Shown one piece after another: positions 24,001 to 37,900 of a DNA stretch of 64,000 nt. Position 1 is the first letter of the stretch, and every line of letters begins with the position of its first letter. The notes under the pieces were generated by a model. That model was not told the DNA's origin. It made no database searches and saw only the letters and a list, made by a program, of their open reading frames with translations. Source of the stretch: Leidyana gryllorum EB-2025a (taxonomy: Eukaryota > Protista > Apicomplexa); the NCBI GenBank assembly GCA_048772705.1, contig JBLWGC010000213.1:248001-312000 (forward strand). The letters are read 5' to 3'. A program made the translations under genes and the position numbers.

Positions 24001-27000
24001 CCTGAACCAACGTAGGCACGACTCGCAATAGGCTAGACAGAGCAGATCCGCTGTGAAGGCCCGGAGTCTCGCTTTGAGTTGGGGATACTGTGTGAAGAGC
24101 GCCTCGGGGATGAGGGGTGTGCTGGTCTTTTCGTTTTGACCGACCACATAGGGCAGCTGAGTTGGGGTCCCTCCGACCTCCACCGGGGTGTCCGTCTGGC
24201 TTAGGGCCGAGAAGGGTGGAGGTGGGGTGGGTAGGAGTCTGTGTTGCGGGGATTCGGCGGTGGTTGTGGTGGTGGCCGTGGCTGTGGCTCCGGGGTACAT
24301 AAAGGCTGTCAACATTGTCATCAGCAGTGTGGTGGCCGTGGAGTTCATCACGTCGGCACTGATCGTCATCCCTGGCTGACACGGTAGCACCGATGTCCAC
24401 AAACTCTGCAAGCGGGCGAGTCCTCTCCAAAGACGGGCTTCTGACGCGTCGGCCATCTGCTCGTTGCTGACATAACCCTTCAGACACCCACAGAGACCAT
24501 CAAAAGTCAACAGGCCAGCTGCGAGCGACATGGTGATGAGAGCAAAGCATAGCGTCCAGCGGTGAGACTGGTCGTCCTCCAGAAGCTCCATCCGGATCAG
24601 ACATGGATGGAAGGTAAGCAGAGCAGTGAGCTCGTGCAAATAGTGAAACACAGCAACTTGCGTCAGACCCCCATATCGAGCGAGAGGGTGCTGCATCAGC
24701 ACACCCAAATCCTTAGTCAGCTTGAGTAAGATAGATCGTTGATCCATACGAAGTACCGTGGGACTCAGCTGCTGTTTCTCCGCAATGGTACCGAACGTAA
24801 AGTTGTGAAAGTACCGCCTCAGAGCCTTCCATGGAACTGCGCCATTAGGGAAGAATTGAGCCAAAAGCGGTACAATACTGGCACCACTTGGTGGGAGATC
24901 CTTATTCATTATGCATTTGAGCAACGAACTAAAGAAGTGCGCAGGTAACCCAGGCGTCACAAACAGCATCCAGTCCTGATTGTCACTCGCATCAAACAGG
25001 TCTCTCCAGGTGGTGGCCATCGCTGGAAGGAAACGTAACGGAGGGCACGTCTTGGCTGCTGCGACCACATGAGGTGTCAGAGAGTCCAGCCCCGGAACCT
25101 GGCTCAATTGAGCGCGGATGTTAGCCAAAACATCCTCGTCGGTCGTTGCCATCTCGCCGTCATGTAGCCACGGATCGCAAGCTTTGTCGAGATCAGAGCA
25201 AATATGTGCATCCGGTCGACTACGCAAACCTGTCGTCCATTGAGCCAGAATCTCGCGGTATATGTGTCTGCCCAATACTTTACAGAGCCTACAAAATCGA
25301 ATACACTTACGGGGGAAGACAATGGGTAAAGGCGGGGAGACGCGTATTGATGAATGCCAATAGACCCAAACCAAACCACAGCTCTCTGCGAATCAAGGCG
25401 GCCAAGAGCGCTCGGCAACTTGATATCCATAACTCAAAGTCCGATCTTCGGAAAAGAGTACTGACAGTACTGAAATACAGACTCAATATGTTTGGACACG
25501 TGTTGAAAGGCCCAAAACGACGTAGATCAACCTGTCCCAACATGTTGCCATCTCTGCTGGGCGGCGTGGGCCCCGCCTCAAACTGTGTTACAGTGGCCAC
25601 GTGATCGTGAGGTAGTGCCCCACGTTCCAACTTGGAGTAAGTGCCTCGTTGTTGCTCAAGTTGCTGGGTGGACTGAAGTAAGACGTTGCGAGGGTGAAGT
25701 CGGCTCAAAGACACCGTTCGAGCGAACAAAAGTAACGATGTGTCCTGTGTTTCCTTGGCCAAGGGTATAAGTTTCTCCTCCACAACATATTGCAACACAC
25801 TCGAGCTCGCAGGCTCCCCGCCTGTTAGCGCCCCAACCGACATGGTGTTGCCACCATCCACAGGTACCACGAACATGTCGTAAAGTCTTGCTATCATGGA
25901 GGCCAATTGCGCGTCTCTCAAGTATCGCACACACACGTCCACAGCTTCGCGTCCTGACTTGCCTAAGATGAAGAAGGCGAGGGAGAAGACATATCGCTTT
26001 TGCGACACCAGTTGCCAAGCGTTCTTGACAGCTGCCAGGCGCCAGCGCGGCTGTGAGAAGTTACTGGCCAGAAAGCTGGCGACTGTGTCGTTTTTACATT
26101 TAGCCTTGAACAACCCAGCCAGTGCTCCAATCTTCCCTCCGAGACAGTACCAGAAGGCAATGTTCTCGAGGACCAATTCATCCAGTTTGCTTTCGTCCAG
26201 TATTCCGGGAAGTTCATTGTTACGGAATTGGGTTTGCAGCCTTCGCAATTCGTCGGCGTACACATCTTTTGGCACACGTTCGATCAATGTTTCTAACACC
26301 ACACGGTCGTACAGCCAGAAACCAGCTCCGACTGCGGCCAAGTTGGTCCAAGTCCAGGGTATGTTGTCGCCCTCGTAGTCAGCACCCTTGGACAGTATCA
26401 GGGCCCTATCGAGCAGAACACCTTGACTCTCGACCAGGAGCCCCCAGCAGAGCTCATCAGTGGTTAGATGCCACTCGTAAGTGTCGAAGGACGCTCGGGC
26501 AACTCCCAGCAACAGATGGACTGTAGGTTGAACCTCAGCAGCAGCGGCTGTGGTGAGAGTGTACTCCATGTTGTTGCCAGTGAGCGCTCCATAGAGAATG
26601 GTCCATCCAATACACGGCTTGGACCAATCGGCACCTTCGCCGAGTGCGGCTATCTTGAGGTAATCGATGAACTTTACCAAATCCAGTAGACTTTTGAGTT
26701 CATCGAGAGTCAGACACAGTGAGAGACCCCAGCCGGCTGGCCACTTTTTCCTCTGGTGATTGCTATCCTCACTGACAATGTCGTCTCGCACATAGTAACT
26801 CATTTTCCGGTTGGCAGTTGCGCCCATTGATATTGGATCACTGTCGTCATTATCTTCTGTATCATCCAAGATGTCCACCAGATGCGTGAGCAATCGGCGC
26901 AGTCGCCGGGCTTCGGCTCCATCGATTGCCCTCACGACCTTTTGACTCAAAGGGAAGTCCACCGCGCTTGGGTCGTTATGCCTTGAGGTCGTCTCACTTA

Positions 27001-30000
27001 GCAAACAGCCGTACTGATCGTCGTCAATGTCAGCTTTAGCCCCGGCATCGCTGTGGGGGTCCATAGAAGACGGTGGAGCGGCCGAGTGTTGGATGTAGGA
27101 GCTGGCGAAGTTTCTTGCGACTCCAGCAGCTCCATTGTCCTCGTCGGAGTCGAGATCTGACATATTCAACAAACTGTCATTGTCCTTATCGCTGCCAAAG
27201 AGATTAGCGGCGCAATCATTTTGATTGGGCCCAGGCGCCCCTCCGGGAATGGTACTTTTGGACTCTGTTGGGGTCACTCGTTCGTCCTGTTGGGAGCCAC
27301 CATGCGACGTTCCAGAGAGTCGCCAAGTCTGGGACGAAGACATGGCGTAAACAGGCGGTGGGGCCGGTGAGGATCGCTGGGAAGTCTGATTATTCAGCTG
27401 CCCGCTGGCACTGGGGCTCGCCAGTCCGCCTTTGAGATCCAAGAGTTCTGACAAACCCGCCAGAGGGGTGTTGCACAGCCGGGTGTCCGTGAGGTCAGGC
27501 AGAGAGATCCCACAATTCCCGAGCGGGAGCGATTTGGGATCCTCACAGAGCTGTAACAAGCGATAGAGCACCACTAAGACTGTCCGTACGCTGCCGCACT
27601 TGAGCCAATTCCAGAGGATGGAGGAACTGAAGAGCGACCGAGGGGCCACCCGACACACGTTATGGAGGGCAGCGCCCGTGGCTGTGGGTAAGGGTACTTC
27701 AGCGAGAGACGTCCTTTGGACAGCAATATCGGACGCCAGCGAATAGGACACCACGACGGGCAGACTCGAGACGCGGTTTGATAGCGTTCTCGGGATGAGA
27801 CTGCGCATCCGGTTCCAGGCGCAAGCGTGAACGAGAACGGGTCCGGTGGTCGACTTTGGTCTCCAGGGGTTAATGGTCCAGGTGAAGCCGGAGATCTCTG
27901 TGCCCTGACGATAGAAGCAGTCGAATTTGCTCATGTCCTCCTCGGCACCCTCATTGGGTACAGTGTTGTTTGGGACTTGGGCCAATATGAGTGGGCTAAT
28001 GAGCGGCATCGAGGCCCAAGCGACTGTTGTGGGCCGAAATGGCCCAGTGGGATTTTGGATCGTCAGATCGTAAATGTTAGTGTATGGGGCGGGGAGATTG
28101 ACGGCTTCGGGCCAATTCAAGAGGAGGATCTCCGGAGACACACTCATACTGTCGGCCGCGGGTTCATAGAAACTCAGAATGGACCACCCGTAGTTGGTGA
28201 GAGTGAGGTGTTGTGCCACCGATGAGGCCGACACTTTGAACAGTAAAGTGTTTTGTTCTTCCGCCTGCGTGTGATCTCCCTGGCCCACCGAGACACCGCT
28301 GGAGCCGATTTCAACGCTGGACAAACTGCGTAAATGTCCCTCGGGTCTTTGTCGCGACGAGCCCAGTCTGCTCAAAGTCTCCTGCAGCCGTCTCCATGGC
28401 GTTCCGGAATGACGGCGTTTCGGGGGTCCGCCATCTTCGCTGCCTGAGCTCATATGATCGTCGTCTGGTGGGAGGGGGGCGGTTTTCCCGGCCCCCATAT
28501 AGTGTTCCACGAGTCGTCGTTGGGCACTCTCAATCTCTGAGCGCCAAACTCTATCGATGTATGAGCCAATGTCAATCGTCTGAACGGCCAAATGTGGAAC
28601 GATCGCTTCGACTTCGCCCATACTTCGGGCAAATGCAGTGATCTGATTGTCCAGTGTCTTGAACGAGTCCGGCCCGTTCTCCACTGCCTGGAGGAGGAGG
28701 CCTTGCATCCGGGTGGACCAGCAGGACCGGAACTCAAAGATGTGCACCTTTGCATTGGAAGTCAATACCACCAGACTTCTCATAGACGTCTCCAATGCGA
28801 GAATGAAACAGCGGGCGCCGCTCTGTTTGGCGAGCACCTCCGAGGTGCCTCGATTGGGGGGGTTCTCAGCGATGCTCTCCTGACTGGAGGCGTCCTCGTT
28901 GGTGACATTGAAGAGATCGCTCTCCTCTCTGCGTACGTCCAATGCAATGTCAACGGGTATCCGCGCCAAGAAATATGGAATCAGTTGCGGCACCAAAGTG
29001 TTCGGACTGCAATTGGCGATTGACGATTGACGACAGAAAATTGGGCGTCACAGCTTACAGAGTCGTCACGGCGCAAACTGGAATTAAGAGACTCGGATGG
29101 CCATCGTGTGGCGCCATGAAGGAGAAGAAAGGGTTGTCATCCTGTTCCAGCGCCGCCTTTACGGGAGGATCTTCCAGGGGAGGGAAGGAAGCCAACAAGT
29201 CAAAGTTGACCCACCCCGGGTGTTGACAGTACTTTACACAACTGTTAATCAGATGACAGTCGACACTTTCGGCTGAAAGAGAGGCAGACAAAGTGTTAGT
29301 TGTGTGTGTTACACGCGGCGCACTTACGCAGATCCTTCAACTTGAACACCACATCGGGTCCCCCTCCGGACTTCTCGTGCGGCGGGAGGTCGGGAATGAT
29401 ATAATTGGTATCGGGAGTGAGGCCGAAGAAGGACGGATTGGAAAAGTCAAAGTAGACGTCCAGAGTATTGGCCTCGAAGGTCATATAGACCGGCGTCATA
29501 CTCTTGCTGCTGGTTCGCGCCACAGAGAGAGTGGTCAGGACGACCTGCTCTTCTTCCACACCGTCGACAACGACTCCCAAATGCAGCAACAGACGGATCC
29601 GTCCGAAATTCTCAGCTTCAGGTGACGTGCGATCCATAAATACAGTGTCGTTTCCGGGAGGAATGGCTCCGGATATGAGTTGGAGACCCAAAACACTCGA
29701 CGTCACCGGTATCAGCGGCTCGTCTGTGACCTTTGATGACTTGTGATTGGGATGAAACGTGGAGTCAACGGCTCCCAAAAGCGAGTTGACCACATCTCGC
29801 CCAAACAGAGACACCGGTGAAGCCACCAATCGGCCATTTAGATCGGCCGATAAGGCGAAAGCGACCAGTTTCCGGGTGCTCTTTGTGACTCCCAAGAATA
29901 TCTCAAAGGCCGAATCCTTTGACGGCAGAGGCAATTGGATTATTTTACTCAACGCCAACACACTCCAATCTAACCCAGTCTGAGTGAGTGAGTGAGTGAG

Positions 30001-33000
30001 TGAGTGAGCAAAGCAGCGGATTTTTTGCCAACAAGAGAGTCTCTCACACTCACCCCATACTGAGCCATTTGATCAATGGGTGCGTTGTCGACTTCAGACA
30101 AAGCAGGAGGGATCTTTGACATATCAATGTCGCGCATAGTGAGGAAGCGAAGTTCAGAGTCAGCATCGCCGATGTCTGCCTGAGTGAAAAGAAATGATTC
30201 TCAATAGCGTCAATGCAATGCCTGACCAACTGATAAAGATCGTTCTCCGGACGCTTGAGACAGTACAGTCTCCCGAGCGTGTCGATGGCCAGACACTCCA
30301 CCTCGATTCGCAGAGGTATCGCTCCCGCCTCTCCATAATTATTCTGAAAAGGGGGTCGGTCGGCATTTCACTCACTGACTCCCTGACTGACTGACTGCCG
30401 ACAGCTCACCTTCAATTCCGGCAAACGCCGATGCTTCGCCTGGGCGCGGATTTGTGGGAGATCGATCGTACAGAAACTGGCAATGTAATTCCAGGATCTC
30501 CGAGTCCCACAGGTCAGGTCGTTCAGTCGACGCCGCTTTGGTGGCAGTCTCATACTGAGACCCTTACTGCTTATCGTATTGTGTATCACCCAAAAGGCGG
30601 TGCTGTAGTCGCAATCCGCCTCCAACAACCCCTCTGCGTTCTCCTTCTTGGCAGTGTGTCGTCGGGAAGCGGCTCGATTGAGATCGCGCGGCTGCAGAAT
30701 GGAGTGCCGCGGCGCATTATTCAGTCTCCCGGGCTCCACAACTCTGATAAACGCCATTGAGAGGTTCGTATTCTTCAAGGGCGGCCCCGTTGCCTCGACA
30801 TTCATCAGTCTCGTCGGATGAACGTTCGTTGCCACCCCCGTCGAGAAGCTGACCAAAGAGATTGGGCTCACGGCAATCTGACCAATTATTTCAGTCAGAT
30901 ACCGCACCATCAGAATCCCAGCGCCTCGCTGATGAGAGTTCACAGTCATCTGGGACACGTCAGGGCGTCCATGACGGTGTACACTGATCTGAGGTCGGAC
31001 CAGAATGGACACTACTCCACCACTGGTGTTCAGACAGGTCAAAACACACGCAGGCAGCAAAAGTCCTTCCTGCAGACGGACGTGTTCGCCCCAACAGCTG
31101 AGTCCCGGTGGTGGAGAGTAGTGGAGTGGGACAATTGCCTGCGACATATCAGCCGAGTCTGTCCCCATCAACAGATTAGCCGCTATCACGGAGCACACCG
31201 GGCTTTGAGGTGGAAGCGGCAGTGTTGAGCTGTCCAGCAGCGACCGTAGAGCCGTTTTGCTCCGTGGCTGCGCCCCGCAGCCTCGCAGAGCCAACACCAA
31301 CAGGGAGCAGAAGCCGGGCACACCAATGGAAGCTGTAGCGGGGGATCCTAACGGGGAGAAACACAAGTACGCCCCCCATCCATTAGACAGCCACTTACGG
31401 TTGACTACGATGAAGAGGAAATCGACCGCTCGTTGTCGATCCACCAACAAACCTCTCGCCAACACGGTGGCGCCCAAGTTCTCTTTACTCATTCCCCCCG
31501 ACATGTCGACATTGGCGCTCGGCAGGATCATGTGATGTCCTAAATGACGTAGCGGAGAGCTCTTCTCCTGTGTAACAACCGGCAAATGCTGATTGTGATG
31601 CATTCGCGCGAGGTACTGTCTGACAGGGTGGGATCCCGGTGACCCCAAAATCGTTCGATGGGTGTCCAGGAAGACTGAAGGGAGACACACACACACGATT
31701 GTGGCGGCTGCGGTGTCAATGGACTCACCTATTGAACAGGAGGACATTGCTCTGTTGGTTGCGCGCACCAACAAGTAGAGACTGCGAGGGTCTTTGAGGG
31801 TGTCGCGCCAAAAGGCGTTGAAAGACCGGGGATCCAGAGCTTCGGTCTGGGTGGATGTCTTGGCCAGCACATGTGACCCTCTCTTCCCATCGAGCCCCCG
31901 GCGGCGCAGAGAAGGCGGGACATAGGGTTTCTTGTTGTGAATGGGCAGTTCTGGGGCCAAATAACACGTGAGAGCGACCGAACTGGAGTCCAATTGCACT
32001 GAGCAGACCACTTCGAAGCAGATCGATTTTTCTCTCCCGGATTCACTCCATATGACCACGCGGCCCGACGAGTCCAAAGCGACGAGTGTGAGGGGTGAGA
32101 AAACCTCATCCGCTTGCGGTCCCTTATCCAGCCACGAATAGCTGAGCAGTGGGGCGGAGTGCACGAGTTCCGTGGCGCAGAAGAAGTCAGAGGGGAGAGT
32201 TGATACCCCCTCCACTGTTGACTCTTGGGTCCGCAGGTCGACGAGAGATCCCATCAAAGCCCACGAGTCCCCAGCGGCGTCGAGTCCGTATGTTACCGAT
32301 TGCCGCCAATCGAGAATACCGCTGGTGGTCGCCCAGTGAGGCCGACCACCCGACCGCCCACGCAGCGTCTTGGCAGTGTTACTCGACGATGACGACGCAT
32401 CACTCGACTCGCCGACCTCAACTGATAGAGAGCGGATCGCTCAGCGCAAAGTGGGAGAGACTTACGGATTATCTGTGGATCGGACCGCTTGCGGTGTTTC
32501 CGTCGATGGAAGAGGGCCGATACCCCCGATCTCAGGCACGAGCGCGTCCGATGCCCACACTGCGAGGCTGTACCTGCGGGCGCAAAGTTGGAGAGCCCTC
32601 CACAAATAAAGTTTCATGACTCACCATGATGATGCATCCGCTCCTGTTGATGGCGTTGGAGGGCTTTCTTGGTGGTCACTCGTGCCATATCCGATATGTG
32701 ACGGAGCGGCTGTGGGGAGGAAAGGAGTGTCTGTCGCTCTCTCTTTTTGCTTCGTTCACTCTTACCATCTGAGATGAGAGATCGCGATCGGGGCTGGTGA
32801 CGTGTTGCACATTGGCAAAGCCAGAATTAAAGTCCAGCTGTTGTGTGGTCGGATTCCGAAACACGAGGACCAAAGCTGTGTTTAAGTGCATTGAGATGGC
32901 AAAGTGTTTCTCTTTGTCCTCCTCGGGGACCTGTTGTTCAGAATTGCTCGGCAGCTCATATTTGAACCAGCACGAGACGAAGCGACCTCCGGGGCTGGGC

Positions 33001-34959
33001 TGCATATCGCGAACGGTCAGAAGCCCAGCGCGTCCTTTGGTGGAAACGTCCGGCATCGCAAAGTCGTCTCGGTCCATCTGTGTGGGTGGCAGGCGTCTGT
33101 CCATTTTTCTTGAGGCGAGGACTCACTGTGGCTTGAGCGAGCATTCGTTCGCGGGTGCGGATCCACATGACTGGTAACGAGGATCTGACGCTCCATCCGT
33201 GGGACGGCTCGGAGGCTACACTGTTGAAGATCCGCAGGTCGCAGAGATTGTCGTTGCCGATAGCATTGGCTCTGCTAAAGACGAAAGGCCGATCCTTATC
33301 GGGTTCAGTCGGGAGAGTGTCGCAGAGTTCCTCGAACTCGCACGGCCACAGATAGAGGGACCCTTCGTCGATCTTTTTTCTGCCGGCGTGGTTGGCTGGG
33401 AGGGCGGTAGTGATCAAATGGTCGCCGATCCAAGCGACGCCGAGAGACGGCTGAGCCATCATGAGGAGTGAAATGAGTCTCATGTTATCAATGCCTCGCG
33501 CTTGGGGTATCCAGCGGGACCACGTCTCGTTTTGGGTAAAGTCCTCTGCGGGGGCGACCGATTTGCCGAGCATCAGATTGAGATTATCTCTGGCGGGGCC
33601 CAAGATGCACACACAGTTTCCATACGACACAGCCAAAGTGAGAGTATTGCGATGCCATTGAACACAATTCATGCGCGGGTTAGGCCCGAAGAGAGTGAGT
33701 GCATCTTTCCGGGGATGCTTTCTTGAAATCATCGCCCGGAGGTTGAGATCGACGACGAGCGAGAGGTCCTGAAGGTGACGAATAGACACTCGAGAGCCTT
33801 CGACCAAAGCGAAGATTTGATATTGCGGATGCAAATGGAGCTTTGTGAAGGGAGTGTGCATAGATTCGGTTTGCGCGGGGAGCGATTCTACCGCCAATAC
33901 ATTTTGGTTCTCGCGATTTGCGAAAAGGTGAGACATCCACTCAGATTTCGTGCGGAGATAAGCATAACGGTAATTAGAATCATTCATTGCCATCAGACAC
34001 TCATTGACAGGCGATCCGCTCTGAGGCGTAAAGGCTTGGATTTTCACCGAGACGTCGAGGTCTCGCATAAAGGCAGGCGGTGCTCGTTTGGGCGCAGGCG
34101 CAGGAACATCGACCTCTTCATGTTCCATTGGGACCTTCCGATGATCGTCACTATCGAATTTCCGTTCACCGTGCGTCTGCTGAGACGTCAAACCCCGCTC
34201 GCTGAAAGCCGACAATCCGAGACCACTTTCGCGCTGCTGACCGGCAGTCCAGCCCGTCTGTTCTTCGTTCACTTCGATTTCCAGGTGCTCGTCCTCGTCA
34301 CCTGACGACTCTCGGGCCCAGTCACTCAACAATGTCTCCATTAAGGCCGTGTCCTGCCCAAAATCGATTGGGTTCTGTCTCCCCCGGGGAGCGGCTCCCG
34401 GGAAGAAGACCGGCTGCGAGCTCTCGCGGTCGGAGGAAGCTGCAGCGGGGAGGGGGAGCTGCTCCCCCTGGGGCGGTTTCTCTCTCTGCTGCTCGAACGA
34501 CTCGAGCCGAGCCCAGATGTCCTGCGCGCGAGCGTTCGAAGCCGAGTTGTGACGAGAGGAATGGCGAGACGACTCTTCTTCCCCACTGTCGGCGTTGTGT
34601 GCGTCGTGGTGGTCGGGCGGCCAGTCGGCGAAGAAAGCGTTGGCCGTGTCGGCTTTGTATGTTGGGAAGGGCGCTGGTAAGACATCGGGTGAGAGGATGC
34701 CCAGGAGAGATGGTGGAGACGACGATTGGCGGTCGTCCGAGGGACCTGAATTCACGATGTTGTCTGGGGGCGGTGATGGAGATTGAGCACTATGGGGCGG
34801 ATAATGGTGGAGAGGAGCTGGCTGGAACTGGGGATGATAAGTTCCCGTGACAGTTATAGATCGGCGACGAGGGGAGGCAGCAGCCGGTGTGGCGCGCGAG
34901 GATGGGGAAGGCGGCGAGGAGAATAGGTTACCCCGCTGCACCTCATCGAACCTGCGCAT
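21080..34959 (-). CDS. Rav1/DMXL (rabconnectin-3 alpha-like, RAVE complex) giant WD40 protein, multi-exon
   Basis: Rav1p_C signature VASFLASNFSQPRWRLAAVKNAWQLVSQKRYVFSLAFFILG..AVDVCVRYLRDAQLASMIARLY and WTNLAAVGAGFWL. Co-oriented long frames with WD-like strands; the junctions I checked are GT-AG and phase-compatible. That it is one gene end to end is inferred. Confidence 0.8.
29981..30008. repeat. (TGAG)7 microsatellite at an intron 3' end of the Rav1 gene
   Basis: Directly visible; reads (CTCA)n immediately before the AG on the coding strand. Confidence 0.85.
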
Positions 34960-34988
34960 GGTAAAAATGGGAAAGATTTTATCGATGA

Positions 34989-37900
34989 ATGAAGGGGTCT
35001 TCCCGCGAGATAGTGGAGCCGATCACCGTACCTGCCACATCGTGGCAACAGAGACCGCAAATACAGCAGGTCCAGGCACCACTCGGGCAGTATTATGTTC
35101 GAGGGACGCCCGGACATCCCTTGCCTCCCATCACTAGTCCTTCACAGAGACCGACACTGCTGCGAGACGCCGCTGCTGGCTATGTGCCCACCATCCCGAC
35201 CCGCTTCGCTCCGGCCACAATGGCTCTGGGAGGAGGTTACGTCGGTCAACACCGTTCCGCTCAGCCCACCCACCCAACAGCAGTAATGCAACTGCACCCG
35301 CCGACATACGAGACGGCCTTCACCCGACCGTCACTCTTGTTGATGTCGCAGCAGCAGCAGCAGCAGCAGCAAGAAGTCAAGCCGACAATGGAGTATGGCG
35401 GAGCCATGAGACCCTCTGTACCCGCTCGAGAGCCCGTTTTAGAACCCCCCAAACTGGGCCAACAACACGCCGAGCGCCAAAGTCGCCCCGCCTGGACACA
35501 CGTCTCCCCTGCGGACGACCGGTACCGTGACGAGCGGTACCGATATGACGCGAGACCGCAGCAGCAGCAGCCGTGGAGAGTGATTCCGGATCAGGAGCAC
35601 TCTCGCGGCGGCGTGGGAGGGAGTGTGCCGCCAGCAGCAGCAGCTCGCCAGCCGCCGCCCGTTTCTGTGTCTCCGACTACCACTCCGCCGCCACCCCCAC
35701 AACAAGGCTCGCCTCAATCGACTATAACGCCTGAATCACCAAAACAATACTCATCTCCGGAGGAGTACCCGTCTCCGTCTCCGAGCCCCGGCCCGTCACC
35801 GTCACCGTCACCCACAAATGATGTGCTTCCCCGCCACTCTTCGAGTTCGTCTTTCAGTTCGAACGAGTATGGGTCAGAAGAGGGTGGCGCACCCAAAGAG
35901 TTTCAGGAAGCATGGATCCCTCTCAAGCCAGCGGAGGGTGACCCCGACGAGCCGCTGTACTGTGACCCCAACACACAACAGTACCTCAAGTTATCGATTT
36001 GGGTCGCGAAATACGGAGAACTGCCGCGCGAAAGTTTGAGGGCGCCGTCTGCTCCGCAGAGTCAAAGTGTAAGCGAAGACGGGTGGCCCGGAAAGAGCTC
36101 TTTCGATGATTCGACCCCCATATCGCCTTCGCAAGCGACCCCAAGTTTCGCTGAGATGGTGGCTGCGCAAGTGCAACGCTTAGGTGCGCCGACCAAACCA
36201 CCCAGTCTCAGTGAAGATCTGCTCTCTCCGACCCTCAACAAATCTACTGCACTCTACGACTGTCCTCCTGGGTCCTTCCCATCGCTTTACAACCCAGGCG
36301 ACATTCTCTCCCCTGCATCTCCCGATCCCGAACCGTCGGGTCCCGTTGCCCTCCCTGAACGTTCGCCCTCGCGGGAGCTGTTATTGAGCGCCGCCCTGGA
36401 TACACCGAGTGTCCCCGATCAGGCGCTGTCTGAGGTGACAGACTATTTCGACTTTACAGCCGACCCCGAACTATCTGAAGAGGCAGCTCGTCACGCGGTC
36501 GAGGAGGCGCAGCGCCAGCGCGGCCTCGCCGCCAAAATCGAAGTAATGGAAAGCGAATTGCGCATTTTGGAGGACGAAACATTGTCAGACAAAGCTGTTA
36601 GCGACATAATTGACTTGCCCACACCCTCACCGGAGAGGCAGGCGTTCAGCAATGATCGAGAAGCCCTGAAAAAAGCATACGAAGAAGAAATAGCGCGTCT
36701 ACGCGCCGTCGCCGAGACCGCCAAACGCCGGGCTGAAGAGGAGGCCAAACGTCACGAAGAGGAACGTTTGCAGAGCCTCCAGCAGCTGCAGAAACTTCAA
36801 GTAAGTTCCACAAAGTCACGCTGGCCGCCAATCAACCCGTCCGTCACAGGAAGAAGCAGCCAGAAGAGCGCGCATTGAAAGCGAAAGCGACAGAGAAAAA
36901 CGCGAGAAACAGGAGGAACAATTACGCGAAATGGCTCGGCGGACTGAGCAGATGCAACAGTTACTGGAACGATTGTCGACTGCTAACACCGCAGCCGGAA
37001 AGGATTACATCCCATTTGACCAACATGGCATCACAGCCATTCAGCTACATATCGCAAAGATCAACACGCTGGATAGTAAGGCTGTACGACACTTGGCCGG
37101 CTGCGTGGTGAGTTACAACGCAACGCTTCTTCTTCCCCCATCCATCGCTCACAGACACTTTATGCAATCGTCAAGTTGGGCAGCAACGATCTGCACAGTC
37201 GAATGCAAGCAGACAGGACAGTACGCGAGCTTCTGGCCACCACGGCAGACCCCCCCGCCCCGATTCCTTGGAATGACACCTTTAACTTCCCATATGTGAA
37301 TGAGCGGTATCTGTCGGTGACCATCCGAGCCAAAGATCTACACCCGGATCAGAAACAGTACGACTATCTGATCGGAGCAGCAAGGATTGATTTGGAGCTA
37401 TTCATCCTCAATCCAGCGGTCTGTGGCCCGCAATTGTTGCAGGTGAGCGAGTGTGTGCCAACCTGCGTGTCCGTGTCTCCTCCTTCTCCGACAACTACCA
37501 CACATTCTCGCACAGCTCTACGACGTGGAGGGAGCGCCCACGGCCACTGTGAACATTGTGTTGCAAGTGTCCTCAGAGGTCCTTCACAGTCCATTCCTAT
37601 CTGTGAAACCTCGGGAGATGACACCCACAGAATGTGCTTTGAACCAGACGCTGAGCAGCGTGTACTTTCAAGGCCCGGAGGAGATTGTTGATGAACAGGA
37701 AGCCGACAAAGAAACTGAGGAAGAAGACTCCAAGTCGGAAGCGAGCGTTGTCGCTCTTCCCGCCCCCAACCCGGCGTTGCGACCACCACCCCCTCTTACG
37801 CAGCACCCCACGACTTTGCACCAGGTTACACAACCGACCCCACCACCACAACCTTTACCCCCATCCCAACACCAAACGTCTGTCCAAAGCCGTCAAGCGC

